64,000 nt of DNA from positions 60,677-124,676 of the IMG/VR virus record IMGVR_UViG_3300026544_000001. One strand, 5' to 3'. The translations under genes and the position numbers were made by a program. Shown one piece after another: positions 1 through 11,350 of the stretch. A model generated the notes under the pieces. It had not been told where the DNA came from and searched no databases. It saw only the letters and a program-made list of their open reading frames with translations. The DNA comes from a virus. Each line of letters begins with the position of its first letter. The stretch's first letter is position 1.

Positions 1-201
1 CTTGCATTAACCAATGGCTGTATGGCTATGTTCAATGATACTGAAGCTGCGTTATTTGAGGATTTCCTCAGATCACAAGATAACTATTCATTTAGAGATA
101 TTACGTATGATAATGATGATATACTTGTAGCACTAGATAAGTGGTTATTAAATTTAACATTAGAACTAGATAACCCGGTTATAAATAGTTGTATTAAGTA
201 A
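1..201 (+). CDS. 3' end of a gene that starts upstream of the window (hypothetical)
   Basis: Frame +1 is open from base 1 to TAA at 199-201 (LALTNGCMAMFND...VINSCIK*). The RBS of the next gene follows directly. Confidence 0.5.
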   Translation, partial: LALTNGCMAMFNDTEAALFEDFLRSQDNYSFRDITYDNDDILVALDKWLLNLTLELDNPVINSCIK

Positions 202-219
202 TAGATAAAAGGTAAATAA

Positions 220-3200
220 ATGGCTGATAATTTTATAGATATATTAAAGGATATTAGAGGTACAGGTACAGACATAAATGCTGTGGGTAATGCTGACAGA
301 GCTGGGGAATTAGTTAGTCAAGATGGTGGTGGTATATGGCAAAGGTTTAAAGATAAAGAAGCAGCTGTAACTATAACACATGCTAATGTGGTTACAATGA
401 GTGAAACTGTTGCAACTACTCTATATGGTACTGAGGGAAATAACGGAGAACTTGCTAAGATAGCCACACAAGTAGCTGCAGTTAATGAGGTAAATGAAGT
501 ATTAGTAGCAGGAGACAATAATCTGTTTGATGACTTTAATACTAAGTATAGTACATTCACTAATGATGATCCGGATAACCCAGGGCTATATGAAAGACTA
601 GTTGAGTATACAGATGTGCTTACACATGATGGTGAAAATAAGAATATTAATCATTTAGATATAAGTGAGACTCCTGGTTCAGTTGTAGCTGTAGCTAGAG
701 ATTTAGAGGCTACTGATATAGATGGTACAGTTAGATCTGGTGATATGGCTGGGGTATCTTACATAGAGACTGTGTCTATTGATATGAATAGTGATTCTGG
801 TATGCTTCCTACTATAGCTAATGATATGCTAAGTACTGATAGTAAGATAGGTATTGTTAGTACTGATTTAAGTACTAATCATTATATAGAAGTAGTACAT
901 AATGATTTAACTAGCGTAGATGAAGATGGTGTAAATATTAGTAAGATAGTTAGTATAGGTACTAATATACAGAAAGGTAGTAGTTACTCTGAATTGTTAG
1001 CTACTGGTTCAGATTTACTATTAGGAGATACAAGCCATATAGTTACAGTTAGTAATGATATTGCAAATGTTGGTTATGTTAGTCAAGATTTACAAGGTAA
1101 GAAGTATGATGGTAGTGACTATGAAAGTAACATCGGAGAATCTAGAATAGAAGTACTTGGTAGCAACATACTTAAAGGTACTAATAGTGAAATGCTTATA
1201 GTTGGTGATGACTTACTTAAAGAAGAGAATAGTAACGTAGTTAAAGTATCTGATATAGTTGATGATGTTACAACAGTAGCTGGTAAAACTACAGAGATAA
1301 CTGACTTAAGTCAAAATATGTACAAGATTACTAGTATATATGAAGATTTAGAAGATACACTTAAAGTAGCTGATGAATTAGATGATGTTACTATAGTAGG
1401 TAAAGATTTAGATAATAGAGATGCTAATGGCGATGTATATGAGAATGGTGAAACTTCTAGAGTAATGACAGTTAGTAGAAACTTAGCTAAAAGTACTGAA
1501 AGTGAAGTATTACTAGTTGGTACAGATTTATATAAAGATACTGATAGTAGTATTAAAATAGTAAGTAATAATATAGATAATATAAATGCTGTTAAAGATG
1601 ATCTAGATAATGATGATAGTTATGTAGTAGCTGTTGGTACTGATTTAGTTAGTGATGAAAGTGAGATACGTAGATTATATACTATTAGTGATGAAGTAGT
1701 AGCTGTTAGTGGTAATAGTACTAATATCAATATAATATCAAATGACCTACAAGATAAAGATAAAGACGGTAATGATTATGAAGAAGGTACTAGTAGGATA
1801 AAAGTTGTAGGACTTAATATTAGTAAAACGGATAGCGAGACTATAGCAGTAGGTGAAGATTTACTTAGTACTACTAGTAAGATAGTTAGTGTATATACTA
1901 ATCAAGATAATATAATAAGTATAGCTGATAACTTGGCTAAAGGAGATGATAGTACTATATCAATAGTAGCTACTGACTTAAATAGAGATGATAGTAGAAT
2001 ATACCAAGTAGGTGTACATATTGATAATGTTATAGTAACTTCTGATAATATTGATTCTATTGTCTCTGTAGCTACAGATTTAGATTTAGGTGATGACTCA
2101 ACTGTTAAAGCGGTTAGTGATAATATGGAGAATGTTGTAAACGTTGGTCAAGATATTATTAGAGTTGAGAGAGTAGCACAATCTGCCGATAATGTTGATA
2201 ATGTATCTGATAATATAGGTAATGTTAATATTGTTGGAGATGACTTAGCACTAGGTAACGATAGTTTAATTAAACAAGCATCTGATGCTGTTGACGATTT
2301 ACAAGAAATTAAAGATAATATAGATGACATAACTACTATCGCTGATGATCTTAATAGCAAAGATGATGATGGTAATAGTACGAGTAAGATTATAACTGTA
2401 TCAGATAATATTACTAATGTAATAGCTGTAGGTAATAGTATTGGTAATATAGATACTGTTACTAAAGATCTTGATAAAATCAATAGAGTGTACGATAGTG
2501 TTGATAACGTTGATAGGGTAGAAGATAGTATAGCTAATATAGATAGAGTATATACTAGTGCCGATGCTATTGATAGAGTTAAGCTATCTGCTGATAATGT
2601 TGATACTATTGCTGAAGATATTGATAATATTGATGCAGTATCTGATAATGTAACTAAAATTAATACAGTAGCTGATGATATTACTAAAGTTGGTACTGTA
2701 GCAGATAGCATAGATAATGTTAACACTGTAAGTGATAACTTAGCTAAAGATGATAGCGAGATTAAATCTGTAGCTGGTAGTATAGATAGTGTAGAAGCTG
2801 TTGGTGCTAAGATAAGTCAAGTAAACACTGTAAGTGATAACTTAGATGATGGTGATGATAGCACTATAAAAATAGTTAGTGACAATATTACATATGTTCA
2901 AGATGTTAGCGCACATATGGATAATGTTAGAGACGTTAGTGATAGTACCGATAATATAGACAGTGTTGCAGCTGATGTTAACTTGGGAGATGATTCAACG
3001 ATTAAAATTACAGCTAATAATATTACTGATGTAAATACTGTAGGTACAAATATAGCTGATGTAAGTACAGTTAGCACAGATATAGCTAGTGTGAATACAA
3101 CTGCTACAGATATAGGGAGTATAAAAACTGTTGCTAGTAATTTAGATGATGGGGATACAAGTACGGTTAAGATAGTTAGTGATAATATCTCTAACGTTGA

Positions 3201-6200
3201 CTATGTAGGTGGAAGTATTGATAACGTAAATATTGTAGCTGAAAATGTTGATGATGGCGATACTAGTACTATTAAGATTACTGCTGATAATATTGGTAGT
3301 GTAGCTACTGTTGGAAGTGCTATAGACAATGTGAATACTGTAGCAGATAGAGATGCAGATATAGCTACAATTGCAGATGATCTAAATGCTGATACATCTA
3401 CAATAAAGACAGTATCTGATAATATAACTAATGTAAATTCTGTATCTGACATATCTTCAGATGTTAGTATAGTTGCTTCTAGAGATGCTGATATAGGTAC
3501 AGTAGCGGATGATGTAGAGCTAGGTGATGATAGTACAATTAAGATAGTAGCTGATAATATAGTAGATGTTCAGAATGCTGAAGAGAACGCCATACTAGCT
3601 AAAGGGTATGCTACTGCTGATGAAGATGTAGAAGTAGAAGATGGTACATACAGTGCTAAGAACTACAGCATAAAAGCAAATGCTAGTAAAGTAGCTAGTG
3701 CTAACAGCGAATCTATGTCAGCTGAGTGGGCAGATAAAGATGAAGATGTAGAGATAACCGATAATGCTGGTAAATATAGTGCTAAACATCATGCTATAAA
3801 AGCTGACGCTAGTGCAGTTGCTGCTAAAAGTAGTGAAGATACTACTAAGGATTACTTAGATCAAGTTAGCACTATTTATGATAACTTTGATGATAGATAC
3901 TTAGGAGCATTTGATACAGATCCTACTGAGGATAACGATGGTGATGCACTTGTAATGGGTATGATGTACTACAATACAGATGCTAAAGAGATTAGATTCT
4001 ATGACAGTGAGAATTGGGATAGACCAGAATTTAGTGCAAGTCAATCTGCATTAGCTGCTGCTGATAGTCAAGATGCTGCAAAGGTTAGTGAAGATAATGC
4101 TAAAATATCTGAGGACAATTCAGCTACAAGTGAGACCAATGCTAAGACTAGTGAGGACAACGCTAAGACATCTGAAGATAACTCAAAAGTTAGTGAAGAT
4201 AATGCTGCTGCTAGTGAAAGTAAAGCTAATGAATGGGCCGAGAAAGATGGTGAAGTAGAAAGTGGAAAATACAGTTCTAAACACTGGGCTGATGCTGCAA
4301 GTTCTTCAGCTAGTAGTGCCAAAGACAGTGAAGATGCTGCCAAAGTATCTGAAGATAACAGTAAAACATCTGAAGATAATGCCTTAAGTAGTGAGACTAA
4401 GGCAAGTAAATGGGCTTCAGAAGTTGAAGATACTGAAGTAGAAACTGATAAATACTCTGCTCTACACTATGCAGCCAAAGCTAGTGCTAGTGCTGATTCT
4501 GCAAATACAAGTGAAACTAATTCGTCTGCTAGCGAAACACTAGCCAATAAGTGGGCAGAAGAAGTAGAAGATACAGAAGTAGTTGACGGTAAGTACTCAG
4601 CGTTGCATCATGCTGCTAAAGCAGAATCAAGTGCTAGTGCAGCTAGTACTAGTGAGATTAATGCTAAAACTAGCGAAGATAATGCCAATGATAGTATGAA
4701 TACAGCTGTTAGTGCAAGAGATGAAGCTGTAGCTGTATACGATAACTTTGATGACAGGTATCTTGGAGCTAAAGATACAGCGCCAGATACAGATAATGAT
4801 GGAGATGATTTAATAACAGGTGCATTATATTTTGATACAGATGCAGGAGCTATGCAAGTATATGATGGTACTGATTGGACAGCAGCATATATCAGTGACG
4901 ATAAAATGTTAGATAAAACTAAAAACTTATCAGACTTAGATGATACCAGTATAGGTAGAACTAACTTAGGAGTTGAAATAGGTGTAGATGTATTAGCTTA
5001 TAGTGCTGATGTAGTTATAGATAGTGCTTATGTACATACAGATAATAACTATACTACAGAATATAAAGATAAGTTAGACGGTATTGCAGATAATGCAGAA
5101 GTTAATGTACAATCAGATTGGAATGTAACTGATGATACACTAGATACTTATATAGCTAATAAACCTAATGTTGTAGTACAAGAATCTATAATAGATGAAG
5201 ATGACATGGCTAGTGATAGTGATGTTAAGATTCCTACTCAACAATCAGTAAAGGCTTTTGCAAGTAATGCAGGAAACTTAACTAGTGGTGTTATAGATGA
5301 TGCAAGATTACCTGATGAAATAACTAGTAATACTAGCAGTGCATCTATATGGAAAACAGCTAGAAAAATAACATTAGAGGGTGATACAGACGGAGATGTT
5401 ACTATAGATGGATCTGCTGATGTTACACTAACAGTAACAGTAAAAGATGACAGCCATTCACACATCATAGATAACATAGATGGACTTGCAGATAGTTTAG
5501 ATAGTAAATTAGACGATAGTCAATTAGATACAACTAGTACACTTGGTACAGATGATACAAAGATACCTAGTCAAAAAGCTGTTAAAACTTATGTAGATAC
5601 TTCAGTTAGTGTAGATACTACAAACTTTGATGGTGTATTAGGGTCTAATGAAGATACTATACAAAAAGCATTTGATAAGTTAGATGATATTGTACTTACT
5701 AGTACTATGGAAGATCTAACTAATGTGAGTGTTACTGATATAACAGCTAGTCAAATACTAGCATGGGATAATGATAATACCGTATGGAAAAATATAGATA
5801 TACCAGAAAGTGGTGAATACAATGTTCAAGCAGATTGGAATGAAACAGATACTGCTGTAGATAGTTATATACTTAATAAGCCAGATGTTGTTACAGTAGA
5901 TAGAATATTAGATGAAGATGATATGGATAGTGACAGTAATACTAGTGTACCTACACAACAGTCTGTTCGTGCTTATGTTGAAGCTATGACTAGTCAGGCT
6001 GATGCTAATGCTAAACTTACTAAAGTATTTCAAGAAGTAGCTGCTGATGGGCAAACTGAATTTAAGTTTGCTTCAGATGAAATTAAGTACTTAGTAGATA
6101 GTATATCAGTATTTACAGATGGTGTGATATCTGATATAGCATACACTGCTGATGATGGTGTAAAAATAGTATTTGATCAAGGGTTAGAGGTAGATACGGA

Positions 6201-6357
6201 AGTTACTCTTATAGCTTATGGAGGAGCTGATGTATATACTAAGCAACAAATAGATACTAAGTTAGCATCACGTATAGTTGATTTAATACTGCATGGTGGA
6301 CATGCTGACACAACATATGATGATACTACAACAATAATAAATGGAGGAGCAGCATAA
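220..6357 (+). CDS. Giant acidic tail fibre/appendage protein
   Basis: 2045 aa. Contains ~10-residue repeats (NVNTVADNI-type), SEDNAK/ASAS coiled-coil repeats, two YDNFDDRYLGA..P..DNDGD.L..G..Y motifs typical of podovirus fibres, two Q.DWN.TD...YI.NKP motifs and three PTQQSV/PSQKAVK motifs. Confidence 0.8.
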   Translation: MADNFIDILKDIRGTGTDINAVGNADRAGELVSQDGGGIWQRFKDKEAAVTITHANVVTMSETVATTLYGTEGNNGELAKIATQVAAVNEVNEVLVAGDNNLFDDFNTKYSTFTNDDPDNPGLYERLVEYTDVLTHDGENKNINHLDISETPGSVVAVARDLEATDIDGTVRSGDMAGVSYIETVSIDMNSDSGMLPTIANDMLSTDSKIGIVSTDLSTNHYIEVVHNDLTSVDEDGVNISKIVSIGTNIQKGSSYSELLATGSDLLLGDTSHIVTVSNDIANVGYVSQDLQGKKYDGSDYESNIGESRIEVLGSNILKGTNSEMLIVGDDLLKEENSNVVKVSDIVDDVTTVAGKTTEITDLSQNMYKITSIYEDLEDTLKVADELDDVTIVGKDLDNRDANGDVYENGETSRVMTVSRNLAKSTESEVLLVGTDLYKDTDSSIKIVSNNIDNINAVKDDLDNDDSYVVAVGTDLVSDESEIRRLYTISDEVVAVSGNSTNINIISNDLQDKDKDGNDYEEGTSRIKVVGLNISKTDSETIAVGEDLLSTTSKIVSVYTNQDNIISIADNLAKGDDSTISIVATDLNRDDSRIYQVGVHIDNVIVTSDNIDSIVSVATDLDLGDDSTVKAVSDNMENVVNVGQDIIRVERVAQSADNVDNVSDNIGNVNIVGDDLALGNDSLIKQASDAVDDLQEIKDNIDDITTIADDLNSKDDDGNSTSKIITVSDNITNVIAVGNSIGNIDTVTKDLDKINRVYDSVDNVDRVEDSIANIDRVYTSADAIDRVKLSADNVDTIAEDIDNIDAVSDNVTKINTVADDITKVGTVADSIDNVNTVSDNLAKDDSEIKSVAGSIDSVEAVGAKISQVNTVSDNLDDGDDSTIKIVSDNITYVQDVSAHMDNVRDVSDSTDNIDSVAADVNLGDDSTIKITANNITDVNTVGTNIADVSTVSTDIASVNTTATDIGSIKTVASNLDDGDTSTVKIVSDNISNVDYVGGSIDNVNIVAENVDDGDTSTIKITADNIGSVATVGSAIDNVNTVADRDADIATIADDLNADTSTIKTVSDNITNVNSVSDISSDVSIVASRDADIGTVADDVELGDDSTIKIVADNIVDVQNAEENAILAKGYATADEDVEVEDGTYSAKNYSIKANASKVASANSESMSAEWADKDEDVEITDNAGKYSAKHHAIKADASAVAAKSSEDTTKDYLDQVSTIYDNFDDRYLGAFDTDPTEDNDGDALVMGMMYYNTDAKEIRFYDSENWDRPEFSASQSALAAADSQDAAKVSEDNAKISEDNSATSETNAKTSEDNAKTSEDNSKVSEDNAAASESKANEWAEKDGEVESGKYSSKHWADAASSSASSAKDSEDAAKVSEDNSKTSEDNALSSETKASKWASEVEDTEVETDKYSALHYAAKASASADSANTSETNSSASETLANKWAEEVEDTEVVDGKYSALHHAAKAESSASAASTSEINAKTSEDNANDSMNTAVSARDEAVAVYDNFDDRYLGAKDTAPDTDNDGDDLITGALYFDTDAGAMQVYDGTDWTAAYISDDKMLDKTKNLSDLDDTSIGRTNLGVEIGVDVLAYSADVVIDSAYVHTDNNYTTEYKDKLDGIADNAEVNVQSDWNVTDDTLDTYIANKPNVVVQESIIDEDDMASDSDVKIPTQQSVKAFASNAGNLTSGVIDDARLPDEITSNTSSASIWKTARKITLEGDTDGDVTIDGSADVTLTVTVKDDSHSHIIDNIDGLADSLDSKLDDSQLDTTSTLGTDDTKIPSQKAVKTYVDTSVSVDTTNFDGVLGSNEDTIQKAFDKLDDIVLTSTMEDLTNVSVTDITASQILAWDNDNTVWKNIDIPESGEYNVQADWNETDTAVDSYILNKPDVVTVDRILDEDDMDSDSNTSVPTQQSVRAYVEAMTSQADANAKLTKVFQEVAADGQTEFKFASDEIKYLVDSISVFTDGVISDIAYTADDGVKIVFDQGLEVDTEVTLIAYGGADVYTKQQIDTKLASRIVDLILHGGHADTTYDDTTTIINGGAA

Positions 6358-6833
6358 TGGCTACTAAAATACAATTACGAAATGATACATCTGTTAATTG
6401 GGCAGATGTAAATCCTACCTTAGCCAGTGGAGAGCATGGGTATGAAACTGATACGGGCAAACAAAAAATAGGTGATGGTACTACTGCATGGGTTGATCTA
6501 CCGTATAAAATAGTAGGTGAAGCTAATACATTCACAGCTAGTCAAAGAGGAGCTATAACATCTTTAGCAGATGATACAGTAGCTTGGGATTTTAGAACAA
6601 CTAATAATTACAGTGTTAGTTTAACTGCTGATGCTGATATAACACTAGCTACTGATGGTGCTTTAGGTTGTACTGGTCAAGGTGGTATGTTTACTGTGAC
6701 TACAGCTGAGCACATAACTGGATGGAGTGCTGAGTTTAAATGGAAAACTGAACCAACTGACTTAAGTGGTGTTGAGAGATTTGCTTATTTTGTAGAAGCT
6801 GAAGATACAATAGCTATTGGTAGGATTCAATAA
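6357..6833 (+). CDS. Tail fibre protein with Mtd-type N-terminal domain
   Basis: The N-terminus KIQLRNDTSVNWADVNPTLASGEHGYETDTGKQKIGDGTTAWVDLPY matches the major-tropism-determinant/hyaluronidase N-terminal anchoring motif. Translationally coupled (TAATG). Confidence 0.75.
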   Translation: MATKIQLRNDTSVNWADVNPTLASGEHGYETDTGKQKIGDGTTAWVDLPYKIVGEANTFTASQRGAITSLADDTVAWDFRTTNNYSVSLTADADITLATDGALGCTGQGGMFTVTTAEHITGWSAEFKWKTEPTDLSGVERFAYFVEAEDTIAIGRIQ

Positions 6834-9800
6834 TGAGTATAGTTAACGGTATGGGTGGTATGTTTGGAGGGTGTACATTTCGCCCTCAGTTAGGATGTAC
6901 AACTACAAGTATAGTAGATAATACTGATCCATTTGGTGATGGTAGTTTAATAGCTAAGTATCTATTAGATGGAGATGCTACTGATTTGTGTGGTAATTAT
7001 GATAGCGATAGTGAAAATTATAGCACCTATTTAAGTGGGGTGTATAATGATTGTATTGCATTTACTGATAAAACTGGGTATGTAAATGTTCCTAATATAG
7101 GTCCTATATGTGACTATTCAAAATCGTGGACTGTTAGTTTTGCGTGGAAATGGGATGGCGAACAGCCTAATAGTAAATATTGGTTTCTTATCCACATAAA
7201 TGATTTAGCTATAGAATGGGCTAATAATGCTAACGACGGTGAGATATATTTTGCGTTACTAAACGGTGGTACAGGTGATGTTATAGATAGACGCTTTGAT
7301 GATGATACATTATTCACTGATAACAACTGGCATCATACAGTAATAGTACATAAAGAAGGTGTAGATGATTTATTTATTACTATAGATGGTGGTGTATTAA
7401 CTGAAGAGGATGCTGGATTACACGATAATGGTACATTTTATCGTACCGATAATATGAGGATAGGTAATACCGCAGATGATGAGGATAAAGTGAGTGATAG
7501 TGGTCTCATAGATCAAGTTGAAATATACAACAGAGCATTAAATCCTCAAGAAGTACAAATGCTATATACTCAAAGTAAATACATAGCTGATCCAACACAA
7601 TCAATACCAGGTTTAGTAGCACATTACCCATTAGATGGTACAGCAGAGGATATACAAGGATATGGAGCTAATGAAAGTGGTGTGGAGTACAATGGAGTAG
7701 CATTTGTAGATGAGACTAAGTTTGGCGGTAGTAAGGTAGCTGTGTTTGATGGTAGTGATGATTATGTGAAGATCCCTATAATTGGCTTATCACCAAGTAA
7801 TTACACAATGACAGCTTGGGTAAAAACCACAGGTAGTGGTATATTTACGTCTATGTTATCTGATTCTTTTTGTTACGCTCAAGTAAATGATGATGGTTAT
7901 TTAAGATCTTATGACCTAAATGAGGAAGTTATAGGAAGCACTATAGTAAATGATGGAAAATGGCATTTCCTTACTGTTGTTAAAGATAACGGAGTGCAAT
8001 CTGTGTGGGTGGATAGTATAAAAGAAGCTGAAAAAGATAATGGAGATAATGGGGATAGTGGAGATAGAATAACATGTATAGGTTGTTATAATACTGAAAG
8101 TTCTTTTTTATCTGGTTTTATAGCAAGAGTTGGTTTTTATAATAAAGCTTTATCAGATAGTGAAATAACTGACCTATACAATCAAGAGAACGAAACAACT
8201 GATGGGTTGATTGCATATTACCCACTAGATGGTGATGCAAGTGATTATAGTACAAGTAACAATGCTGTATTGGATGGTACAATAAATGGTGATGTAAGCT
8301 TTGCTAATGATGATGACTATGGAGATAGTGTAGCATCATTTGATGGTGATGGGGATTATGTTAGTACTCAAATAGTACCTGCAGGAGGAGATAAAACATT
8401 ATCGTGTTGGTTCAATATGAATGGAACTTCTGATACTCAAGGATTGATATCGTTTCCTACAACTGCTAACGAGTATCAAGGAACATCATTAATAATTGAT
8501 GGGGATAAATTAGAGGTTAGTGGTAGAAATGGAGATGGTGCTTTTAAGTCAACTTCAGTTGATTTTACTACCACAAATGAATGGCATCATGCAGTTGGTG
8601 TATTGTCAGGTGCAGTATTAACACTATACTTAGATGGTGAGGATGTTGCTACACTAGATATGACTGATGTATCTGATGATAAAGATGGGGTTGTTATAGG
8701 GTGTGTAAATGGAGATTCTGTAAGTTATTATACAAACGGCTCAATAGCCAATGTCCAAATATTCAACAGAGCATTAACAAGTGATGAAGTTAATAAACTA
8801 TATAATAAAGAAACAATAACATCAGGATTAATAGCTCATTATCCATTAGCTGAAGATGCAACTAATAAAGCAGGATATTATGGAACTGAGAATGGTGGAT
8901 TGATCTATAGTGAACAATATGGTGATAGTGTTGGAAGCTTTGATGGTGTTGATGACTATATAGAGACTACTGAAATGTCATTAGCTTCAGAGTTCACTGT
9001 TACTGGTTGGGTTAAGGTTATTGACTTAGATAGTGATGAAGACGTGGTTATCGCTATAAATTGGAATGCAGATGCAAGTACGAGATTTGGTATAAAGAGT
9101 GATTCTGACGACGATACATCATTATCTATACAATGTGGTGATGATGATGCTTGGCATAGTATACCTGGTGCTATTGATAATACTTGGATGTTTATATCAG
9201 TTACGTATGATGGTACTGATACAGTATCAAAAGTATATGGCGAAACTGAAGTTGCATTTACTACGAATGTAACATTAGATAATAGTAAAGTGTGTATAGG
9301 TAATTTCAATTCTGATTCTAGTGGATATTTCAATGGAAATGTAGCCAATGTTAGAATATACGACAAAGCACTAACAGCAGAACAAATAACAGACTTATAC
9401 AATAAGAAAGATGTAACTGATGGATTAGTAGCTCACTATCCATTGACTAAAGAATGGAGAGCTAGTGATAGATGGGTTGCATATAATGGTACTGAAGTTA
9501 GTAATGTTTATGAAGAAGACTCTATTAGTGTAGTGTCTAAATTTCCATCAGATGTAAATTCAAGAATAGCGCTTAATCAAAAATTCAATAAAACATATAC
9601 TTATGGGTTTTGGATTAAAATGCCAACAGATGATACTACTTTTGTACCTTTGTCTGTATATGAAGGTGATGATGCTAGAGGGTATTTCAACTTAAATAGA
9701 GATGATGAACAAGGTTCAATTATAACTGCTTATAATGATGGTAGTTGGACCATATCAGATAAACTTACAGGTGCATATACCGATATAAAAGAATGGACTT

Positions 9801-10663
9801 ATCTAGTATTTGTGTGTAAAACAGATAATGTAGATGTATATGCAGATGGAATATATACAGGTAATATAACATCATTACCTATTGAAGAAAGGGATTTATA
9901 TATAATGGGTGGTGGCCCTAGTAATGATAGTTCTGATGATGATGTTTATATCAAAAATGTACGAATCTACAACAGAGCTTTAACAGAAGATGAAATATCT
10001 ACTATATACAACTACGAGAAAGTAACTAGAAATATAGTAGTAGATAGAGGATTGGTAGCTTATTATCCGCTAAAAGATAACAGTAATGATCATTGGGTTA
10101 ATCAGTTAGATGGAACTGATAATGGTGATGTAAGTTATGATGGAGTTAGTGCTAGTTTTGATGGAGATGGTGATTATATAAAACTCCCTAATATCACACA
10201 GGATACCAGTAGAAGTATGTGCTGTTGGTTAAAAACTGTAGATACTAATACCCATTATTTTATAACAAATAAAGATAACTCAAGCACTAGTGATGATATA
10301 GGAGAGTCTATACAGATGTCTGGAGATAATTTAGTTGCTAGTGCTAGATGGGCTGTTCAAGGAGAATCTGCTACTATTGATTCAGGTATCTCACCAGCAT
10401 CAGATATTTGGTATTTTGCTTGTGTGGTTGTAGACGCTGATGCTTCAACAATGACATTTTATGTTGGTGATACTTATTCAGATACTGCGGATGTAACTTT
10501 TAAAGCTACAGATGAAGACAAATGTATGATAGGTGCTATAGATGACAGTGGTGCTACAGGTTTCGCTAACGGAAAGATATCAAACGTACGTATTTACAAT
10601 AGAGTACTAAGTCCAGAAGAAATTACAACAATATACAATACAGAAAAGGGAGAATTTGAATAA
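6833..10663 (+). CDS. Multi-LamG (concanavalin A-like lectin) virion adhesin, six domains
   Basis: Six repeats starting L(I/V)A(H/Y/K)Y(P/L)L and ending (I/F)(Y/F)(N/D)(R/K)(A/V)L...E(I/V)..(L/I)Y. Most contain FDG.DDY and WH/W.F motifs of LamG_3 domains. Confidence 0.85.
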   Translation: MSIVNGMGGMFGGCTFRPQLGCTTTSIVDNTDPFGDGSLIAKYLLDGDATDLCGNYDSDSENYSTYLSGVYNDCIAFTDKTGYVNVPNIGPICDYSKSWTVSFAWKWDGEQPNSKYWFLIHINDLAIEWANNANDGEIYFALLNGGTGDVIDRRFDDDTLFTDNNWHHTVIVHKEGVDDLFITIDGGVLTEEDAGLHDNGTFYRTDNMRIGNTADDEDKVSDSGLIDQVEIYNRALNPQEVQMLYTQSKYIADPTQSIPGLVAHYPLDGTAEDIQGYGANESGVEYNGVAFVDETKFGGSKVAVFDGSDDYVKIPIIGLSPSNYTMTAWVKTTGSGIFTSMLSDSFCYAQVNDDGYLRSYDLNEEVIGSTIVNDGKWHFLTVVKDNGVQSVWVDSIKEAEKDNGDNGDSGDRITCIGCYNTESSFLSGFIARVGFYNKALSDSEITDLYNQENETTDGLIAYYPLDGDASDYSTSNNAVLDGTINGDVSFANDDDYGDSVASFDGDGDYVSTQIVPAGGDKTLSCWFNMNGTSDTQGLISFPTTANEYQGTSLIIDGDKLEVSGRNGDGAFKSTSVDFTTTNEWHHAVGVLSGAVLTLYLDGEDVATLDMTDVSDDKDGVVIGCVNGDSVSYYTNGSIANVQIFNRALTSDEVNKLYNKETITSGLIAHYPLAEDATNKAGYYGTENGGLIYSEQYGDSVGSFDGVDDYIETTEMSLASEFTVTGWVKVIDLDSDEDVVIAINWNADASTRFGIKSDSDDDTSLSIQCGDDDAWHSIPGAIDNTWMFISVTYDGTDTVSKVYGETEVAFTTNVTLDNSKVCIGNFNSDSSGYFNGNVANVRIYDKALTAEQITDLYNKKDVTDGLVAHYPLTKEWRASDRWVAYNGTEVSNVYEEDSISVVSKFPSDVNSRIALNQKFNKTYTYGFWIKMPTDDTTFVPLSVYEGDDARGYFNLNRDDEQGSIITAYNDGSWTISDKLTGAYTDIKEWTYLVFVCKTDNVDVYADGIYTGNITSLPIEERDLYIMGGGPSNDSSDDDVYIKNVRIYNRALTEDEISTIYNYEKVTRNIVVDRGLVAYYPLKDNSNDHWVNQLDGTDNGDVSYDGVSASFDGDGDYIKLPNITQDTSRSMCCWLKTVDTNTHYFITNKDNSSTSDDIGESIQMSGDNLVASARWAVQGESATIDSGISPASDIWYFACVVVDADASTMTFYVGDTYSDTADVTFKATDEDKCMIGAIDDSGATGFANGKISNVRIYNRVLSPEEITTIYNTEKGEFE

Positions 10664-11340
10664 TGAAATTATATAACAACGGAACAGGTAAGATAGAAGA
10701 AGTACCATCTATGATTAGAGTAGATGGTATCAATAGATACTCAAAGAAGATGAGTGAGAGTCAACTAAATCAAGCAGGATACTATAGAGTAACTAGTAGT
10801 CCAGCAATAGATAAGAAATACTATAAAGAAGGTCCAGTAAGTTGGGAGATAGTAGATGGTAAAGCAGTTAAAACAATAGAAAAGATAGAATTACCATTGG
10901 ATAATATAAAGAAAAGAATGTTATCTAGTATAAGTGAATCGTTCAAGAAGTTTGGTGAAAGACCAGTGGTAGATACAGGGCTAGGATATAAAGTAGATGG
11001 TGGGTTAGCTGACCTACAAAGATTCCAAATAGGTGCAGAGTTAGGTATAGAGTTCATAAAAGATATAGATGGTAATACTAACAGTATAGATACTGATGGA
11101 TATGCAATAGTAATACAGAAGATTAAAGAGTATGGTTTAGCTATGTACCAAACTAAGTGGACTAGAGAAGCGGAAGTACAAGCTATAGATAATATAGAAG
11201 ATTGTATAGCTTATGAGAAATTTCCATATGAAGTAGAACAGTTAATAGTGGATGAAAATGGTGATGCTATACTAGATGATGATGGTAATGAACAATATGA
11301 AACAGTAACTAAGTATAAAAATAAATGCACTGAATGGTAG
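10663..11340 (+). CDS. Tail fibre assembly/chaperone-like protein (DUF4376-like C-terminus)
   Basis: Directly follows the fibre gene. The pattern LGY.VDGG..D...F...IKD.DG...YQTKW..EAE resembles DUF4376-type chaperones. Confidence 0.55.
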   Translation: MKLYNNGTGKIEEVPSMIRVDGINRYSKKMSESQLNQAGYYRVTSSPAIDKKYYKEGPVSWEIVDGKAVKTIEKIELPLDNIKKRMLSSISESFKKFGERPVVDTGLGYKVDGGLADLQRFQIGAELGIEFIKDIDGNTNSIDTDGYAIVIQKIKEYGLAMYQTKWTREAEVQAIDNIEDCIAYEKFPYEVEQLIVDENGDAILDDDGNEQYETVTKYKNKCTEW

Positions 11341-11350
11341 GAGATAGATT

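Noticed and set aside
1900-4700. Non-coding tandem repeat array
   Set aside because: The repeats are degenerate at the DNA level and conserved at the protein level (fibre shaft repeats), so the CDS explains them.
6357-10663. Diversity-generating retroelement suggested by the Mtd-like N-terminus
   Set aside because: There is no reverse transcriptase in the window, and no template/variable repeat pair differing only at adenines was seen. The Mtd N-terminal domain is a generic fibre anchor.
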